Program-made: the position numbers and the translations under genes | The notes under the pieces: model-generated | The model's database searches: none | The model's input: only the letters and a program-made list of their open reading frames with translations | Told to the model about the DNA's origin: nothing | NCBI GenBank assembly: GCA_963787255.1 | Contig: CAWBCJ010000026.1 | Span: 32,001-96,000, forward strand | Direction of reading: 5' to 3' | Source of the DNA: Methanobacteriota archaeon | GTDB taxonomy: Archaea > Methanobacteriota > Methanobacteria > Methanobacteriales > Methanobacteriaceae | Length of the DNA stretch: 64,000 nt | Shown here: positions 58,707 through 64,000 of the stretch, one piece after another | Numbering within the stretch: the stretch's first letter is position 1 | Layout: every line of letters starts with the position of its first letter

Positions 58707-59877
58707 ATGAATTATCTCGAATTAATTTTAAAAAATCCGTTTAGAAATAAAACGAGAACTTCTCTTGCAATCATTGGGATTGCAATTGGAATTGCTACCA
58801 TTGTAGCTTTAGGTATGGTCACAAGTGGTCTTCAATCATCCACGCAAAGTACTCTTAAAGCTGGAGCGGCTGAAATTACAGTAATGCAGGCCGGTTCAAA
58901 CGGTTATGGATCCTCAGGCAGTATTAATGATACATGGGTTGCGGATATTAAAAATATAAGTGGCGTTAAAGATGCTGCAGGATCTTTAAATGCAAATGTC
59001 AATTTAAATGGCAGTTCAAGTACAGCTTCAAGTTCGGGTCCAGGCGCTGGTCAAGGATTTGACCAAGGTGGTTTTTCTATTACAGGTATTGAAAGTAGCA
59101 AATTAAGTCTTGAAGGTATAGATAGTGTCAATGGAACAACCTTCAATGATGGTGCAAACGAAATTATAATAGGTAAAACAGCTGCAGAAAGCCAAAACAA
59201 AACAGTAGGAGACACAATCACCCTATACAATCAGACTTTTAAAATTACAGGAATATTTGAAACAGGGAATATGATGACAGATAGAGGATGCTTACATGTC
59301 CCTAAATAAACTTCAGAACTTAACATCTAATGCTAACAAAATTAGCAATATAAAAGTTAAAGTTGCTGACAATGCCAATGTCACAACAGTGAGTCAGGCA
59401 ATTAAAGATACTTATCCCAATGATTTATCCACAACAACAGCTACAGAGCAAGCTAGCAGAATGAACAGCGCACTAAGTGTTATTGATTCAGCATCATGGG
59501 CAATTTCTCTCCTTGCAATATTTATCGGTGGAGTTGGAGTCATAAACACCATGATAATGTCAGTATATGAAAGAACCCGCGAAATTGGAGTCTTAAAAGC
59601 GGTAGGCTGGAAAAGTAGTAGAATATTAGGAATGATATTAGGAGAATCAATTGTACTAACCCTTTTAGCAGCAGTAGTAGGAACAATCGTAGGTATTGTG
59701 GCAGTTGAAGGTGGTCTAATGCTTTTAGGTGGTGGAGATATTCTAAAACCTGTATTCTCAATTGAATTATTCGCAAGGGCCTTTGGAATAGCTATTCTTG
59801 TAGGTGTTATTGGAGGAATTTATCCAGCATATAGAGCAAGCAGATTAGCACCAACGGAGGCTTTACGCTATGAATAA
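58707..59877 (+). CDS. MacB/FtsX-type ABC transporter permease (frameshift at ~59288)
   Basis: RNKTRTSLAIIGIAIGI, NTMIMSVYERTREIGVLKAVG and YPAYRASRLAPTEALRYE. Confidence 0.92.
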
Positions 59878-60565
59878 CAGTGAAAACATTATTAAAATAA
59901 AAGATCTTAAGAAAACATACGATAATGGTACTATAAAAGCTTTAAACGGTATTGATCTTGAGATTAAGAAGGGGGAGTTTGTTTCTATTATTGGACCATC
60001 GGGCTCAGGAAAATCAACACTCCTCAACATGATTGGTGCACTTGATAAAGGGGATGAAGGTTCAATAAATGTTGCAGGCATTGATCTAATGCATAAAAAA
60101 GATTTAAGTGGATTTAGATCGAGTGAAATTGGATTTGTCTTTCAACTACATAACCTAATTCCAAATCTTACTGTTCTTGAAAATGTGCAGATACCAATGC
60201 TCGAAACACCACTTTCAAGCAAAAAAATGGAAGAACGCGCAATAGAACTTTTAAGATCAGTAGAACTTGAAGACAAAATAAATCAGAAACCAACTAAACT
60301 TTCTGGAGGGCAAAGGCAAAGGGTAGCTATAGCAAGGGCTTTAGTTAATCATCCATCCGTTATTCTGGCTGATGAACCAACAGGAGCATTAGATTCTAAG
60401 ACAGGAGATTTAATCTTGAATCTTCTTAAAGATATTCATAAAAAGGAGAATGTAACTCTTGTTATGGTTACACATGAACCATATGTAGCCAATATGGCTG
60501 ATAGGATTATAACAGTGCTTGATGGAAAAATAGAAGAGGATAAAGCAAATAATATTATGGGTTGA
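59870..60565 (+). CDS. LolD/MacB-type ABC transporter ATP-binding protein
   Basis: GPSGSGKST, LSGGQRQRVAIARAL, LADEPTGALD and VTH. Confidence 0.95.
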   Translation: MNNSENIIKIKDLKKTYDNGTIKALNGIDLEIKKGEFVSIIGPSGSGKSTLLNMIGALDKGDEGSINVAGIDLMHKKDLSGFRSSEIGFVFQLHNLIPNLTVLENVQIPMLETPLSSKKMEERAIELLRSVELEDKINQKPTKLSGGQRQRVAIARALVNHPSVILADEPTGALDSKTGDLILNLLKDIHKKENVTLVMVTHEPYVANMADRIITVLDGKIEEDKANNIMG

Positions 60566-60703
60566 TGATTTTAAGGTTCGGGTGGGAAGAGCCTCCATTA
60601 ATTTTTACCTCTTTTTTTAGGCGGGAAAACCTTCAAATCATTAAATAATAAAAAAAATATTCTCTTTTCAATTTTTAGAAATTATAATAAATAAAGGTCT
60701 AAA

Positions 60704-61003
60704 ATGACATTAGAACTATTTGGATATAATGGAATTAAAGATGCAGCTGTTATTATAGAATTTGCAAATATTGGACTATTAACTGGGATACTTTATCTTT
60801 ATACTAAAAGTTACAGACAGATAAAAATTGGGTTTACAGTAGGATTAATTTTATTTGCTCTAATGCTTTTAATCAAAAGTATCTCCACCATTGCTTTTCT
60901 ATTAGCGGACAGTGATTTATTAATAGGAAGATCAATCTACATTGGCGGAATTATCGAATTTATAGCGCTTGCTATACTCCTAAAAATAACATGGGATTAT
61001 TAA
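60704..61003 (+). CDS. Small three-TM archaeal membrane protein
   Basis: ANIGLL.GILYLY.KSYRQIK..FT.GLILFA pattern. Three hydrophobic helices. Confidence 0.75.
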   Translation: MTLELFGYNGIKDAAVIIEFANIGLLTGILYLYTKSYRQIKIGFTVGLILFALMLLIKSISTIAFLLADSDLLIGRSIYIGGIIEFIALAILLKITWDY

Positions 61004-61277
61004 TTCATTTTTACAGTTCATACATATTTTTAATATAGTCTTTATAGCTTAAAATAGTCCATTATAACGAAATAAAATAAGCTTAAATCTTGTTTAAGTA
61101 ATTAATATATATTAAAAATTAGTTTTAATTCATTTAAGAACTTATTTTTGCCCAATAATAATGCTTTGGGCGTGATTATTTATAATTATAGTTACAAAAA
61201 TGATACTAATTATACTTTTTTTAAAATTTAAAAAACAAAATAAAAGAAATTAATTGATTCAAGGTTAAATACTAGGA

Positions 61278-61437
61278 TTATCCTCCGGATAATAGGGATA
61301 CAATTCCGCCAATGATTAGGAATATTGCTGCTAACCATGCATATATGTAGATGAACGCTGGAAGTAACAAGATAACGATTGCGATTATAATACCAAGTAC
61401 TAGCATCGCGCCACCACTAAGTTGTGCATTTTGCCAT
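61278..61437 (-). CDS. 52-aa two-TM small membrane protein (copy 2; one extra base after the ATG; not in ORF track)
   Basis: 160 nt, corrected to M(Q/A)NAQLSGGAMLVLGIIIAIVILLLPAFIYIYAWLAAIFLIIGGIVSLLSGG*. Its GGAGGTGA RBS contains the MFS stop codon. Confidence 0.8.
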
Positions 61438-61443
61438 TTATTT

Positions 61444-62970
61444 TCACCTCCTTTTGGGTATAAAAATACTTGTAATAAATCCTAAAAGCAGGATTAATGT
61501 CAAAGCGATAAATGTTTGGTTCATTGCAGAACTAATTGCAGAATCAACAATCTCTGTAGCTTGAGGCACCAATTCTGAGGGTATTTGTGGAGGTACTGTC
61601 TGCATTTTTTCCACATAATCAACGAGACTGCTCTGTATTTGTTCTGTGGTCGCATTTCCAGCTAAGCCTGATGAATCTATTGCGGTTGTAAGGCCACCGA
61701 ATATTCCAAGTAAAAGTAAAACACCGATTAAAGCTGTTCCCATGGAATAACCTAAATTTTTAAATGCATTCAAAAGACCAGAAGCATCAGTTTCTTGATC
61801 AGCTCTTGCAGCAGACATGGTAAGATTAGTTAACTGTGAAAGTAAAAGACCTATTCCAATACCAAATACAACACTTCCAGGTATAATATCCGTTATTTGA
61901 GTGTTTAAGTTAAATACTCCGCCTAATATGAAGGTACCTGCTGCTGAGATAAGAAAACCGATCATCAGTAAATATTTGGGATTTATTCTTGATGATAACC
62001 TTGCACCAATTAATGAAAACAGAAGAATGGCAATGGATGCTGGTAAAAGAGCAAGACCAGTCGTAAACGCGTCCGCTTTGGTGACTTGTTGTAAAAATAC
62101 AGGAATTATGAAGAGAAATCCTGCAAGAGGAATTTGTTGTATAATAGAGTTTAAATTACCTAAACCAAATAAACGATTTTTAAGAAGGGATATATCTGTT
62201 AGAGGTTGTAAATCTTTATTCATTCTTCTCCTCTGCCATAATAAAAAGATTATAAACAGAACAGAACCCGAAACTACTAATACTGCTACATAACTCCAGT
62301 ATTGTGGACTTGATAATAATAAAATTCCAAGTACAATCAAAATTAAGGATACTATTGAAAGTAATGCTCCAACGATATCTAAATCTTTCCATTTCAAGGT
62401 TGGTATGGATTCAGTGAAATAGTGCCTGAAAAGGAATATTACCACAACAATAAGGAGTTCTGACCCAAATACAAGTCTCCATGTGAGATATGTGGTGAAA
62501 ATTCCACCTATTATGGGGCCTATTGCAGCACCCATTGCTGCTATTCCTCCCCAAATTCCAAAGGCAGTTATTTTATCTTTACCTTCATAACTAGCGCCAA
62601 CTATTGTTGTAGTAGCAGGTAAAATCAATGCTGCACCAATTCCTTCTAAAACAGCCCATCCAATAAGCAGCATTCCTGCATTAAGGCTCAAAGTTGCTAT
62701 AAATGTTCCACAAGCATAAATAAACAATCCTATAAGGAAAGTCTTTTTCCTTCCAAGAATGTCTTGAAGTTTACTCCCCAATAACATGAATGAAGCAATA
62801 ATCAAGGCATATAAAGCTATGATAGCCTGAATAGTTGATAAAGTTGTATTTAATTCAACGACTAATGTTGTTATAGCTACATTCATAGCTGATGTATCTA
62901 AAACAATAATAAAAATTGCCAAACAGGCAACTATCACTACACCCCATTTATTCTGATTTGCAGAAGCCAT
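61444..62970 (-). CDS. MFS transporter, DHA2 (14-TM drug:H+ antiporter) type
   Basis: IVLDTSAMNVA, GSKLQDILGRKK, GAAIGPIIGG..T.YLTWR, and many TM helices. Confidence 0.92.
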   Translation of the reverse strand: MASANQNKWGVVIVACLAIFIIVLDTSAMNVAITTLVVELNTTLSTIQAIIALYALIIASFMLLGSKLQDILGRKKTFLIGLFIYACGTFIATLSLNAGMLLIGWAVLEGIGAALILPATTTIVGASYEGKDKITAFGIWGGIAAMGAAIGPIIGGIFTTYLTWRLVFGSELLIVVVIFLFRHYFTESIPTLKWKDLDIVGALLSIVSLILIVLGILLLSSPQYWSYVAVLVVSGSVLFIIFLLWQRRRMNKDLQPLTDISLLKNRLFGLGNLNSIIQQIPLAGFLFIIPVFLQQVTKADAFTTGLALLPASIAILLFSLIGARLSSRINPKYLLMIGFLISAAGTFILGGVFNLNTQITDIIPGSVVFGIGIGLLLSQLTNLTMSAARADQETDASGLLNAFKNLGYSMGTALIGVLLLLGIFGGLTTAIDSSGLAGNATTEQIQSSLVDYVEKMQTVPPQIPSELVPQATEIVDSAISSAMNQTFIALTLILLLGFITSIFIPKRR

Positions 62971-63367
62971 ATCATATCACTTTTAATTTAAAATCTAAAT
63001 TTTTAACAGATATAGTAATATTTAATATAGAATTAGTAATACATTTGTTGTTTAAACTTAATAATAATTTGCTTTAAATGAGCAATAAAAACTAAAATAA
63101 GATATTTTTAGAAAAATAATATGTAATATTGACAAAAATAATTAGGCTTATACTATTATGATTCTATGATAATTTTTTTTATAAAAAATTGTATTTCAAA
63201 ATAATAATTTTGCTCTTATTATAGCCTTCAAAATTAATAAAAACATTTCAATGTTATAGCCCGAAAAATTATATTAGGTTTTCAAAAAAAAAACAAATGC
63301 AATTTTAAAATAAAATACCATGCTATTAAAGAACATAATATTAATTTTATTTCATTGAATTTTATAT

Positions 63368-63984
63368 TCAGTTTCCAGGCAACACTTTGAAACTATTTAT
63401 TACTGTAATAAAAGCCCTGTCATCGTAATTTTGCTTTCCTTTTCCTTGAAAGTCAATCCTATATCGTATTCCGTTTATATCAAAAATCATAATTTCTCCA
63501 TTAACTGAATCTGCTCCTGAACGAAGCTTTTCATTATAATTAATAATATATGTTCGTACCTCTTCACTTGTGTTATCTACTGACCTAGTTGTATTATCTG
63601 CATCTATATACCAACCACGTGATTTTAAATCATTTGTTACTGAATTAAAATATTCATCAAGGCTCATTCCGTGATATACAGTTCCATTTACAGGTGATTT
63701 AGATACTTGGAATGTTAGATTTGGATTCTTTGTGTTTTTGGCGATTAAAAAGGCCGGCGGAATTTCCAATTTTGTGGCGTTGAAATTTGAAAAATTTTCA
63801 ACAGTGGAATTACTCTTACCTCAGTAATGTTATAATCAGCAGGATACTCAAATGAAACTCCATTTCCAGTATAATTATTAAGTTTTGTTGTGTGTTGGTA
63901 AAATTCGAAGGAGCCTATATCTCCAATTACAAGTCCCACTATTAAAACTCCAACTATAACTAAAATAAGCGGTAATTTATTCAT
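63368..63984 (-). CDS. Membrane-anchored PsbP-like surface protein (frameshift at ~63820)
   Basis: N-terminal TM and the YTGNGVSFEYPADY motif. The two ORFs are contiguous across a single-base shift. Confidence 0.6.
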
Positions 63985-64000
63985 TTTTTTGCTCCTAATT

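Noticed and set aside
60573-60633. GC-richer imperfect inverted repeat (AAGGTT...AACCTT, GCCT...AGGC) after the ABC ATPase
   Set aside because: Short arms and a single copy, so it cannot be called a MITE or ncRNA. It may just be a terminator region.

Overview
AT-rich archaeal chromosomal segment, most consistent with a Methanobacterium-type (Methanobacteriales) methanogen: it carries cfbE, tfb, gar1, aRF1, aIF5A, afpA, split guaAA/guaAB, xerA and archaeal dnaG. Positions 1-27 kb are mostly housekeeping genes (Trk K+ uptake, xerA-lon-like-dnaG, gar1-tfb, pyrH, aRF1, hemC-cfbE, NAD kinase/phosphatase, pdaD-aIF5A-speB). From about 27 kb the window becomes accessory-rich: a GC-rich katG divergent from a Fur/PerR-like regulator, two-component genes with degenerate phospho-sites, a three-gene glycosylation cassette between guaAA and guaAB, hydrolases, and ABC and MFS transporters. 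The intergenic spaces contain many gene remnants and several small proteins missing from the ORF track, including a 52-aa membrane protein present twice and a ~57-aa basic protein family present three times. About 13 single-base frameshifts beyond 28 kb are probably long-read assembly errors. I found no rRNA, tRNA, CRISPR array or intact IS element. No single new system can be demonstrated from sequence alone. The best leads are the small-protein families, the pseudo-receiver/kinase modules, the glycosylation cassette and three candidate operator arrays. All family assignments come from motif recognition, not database searches.
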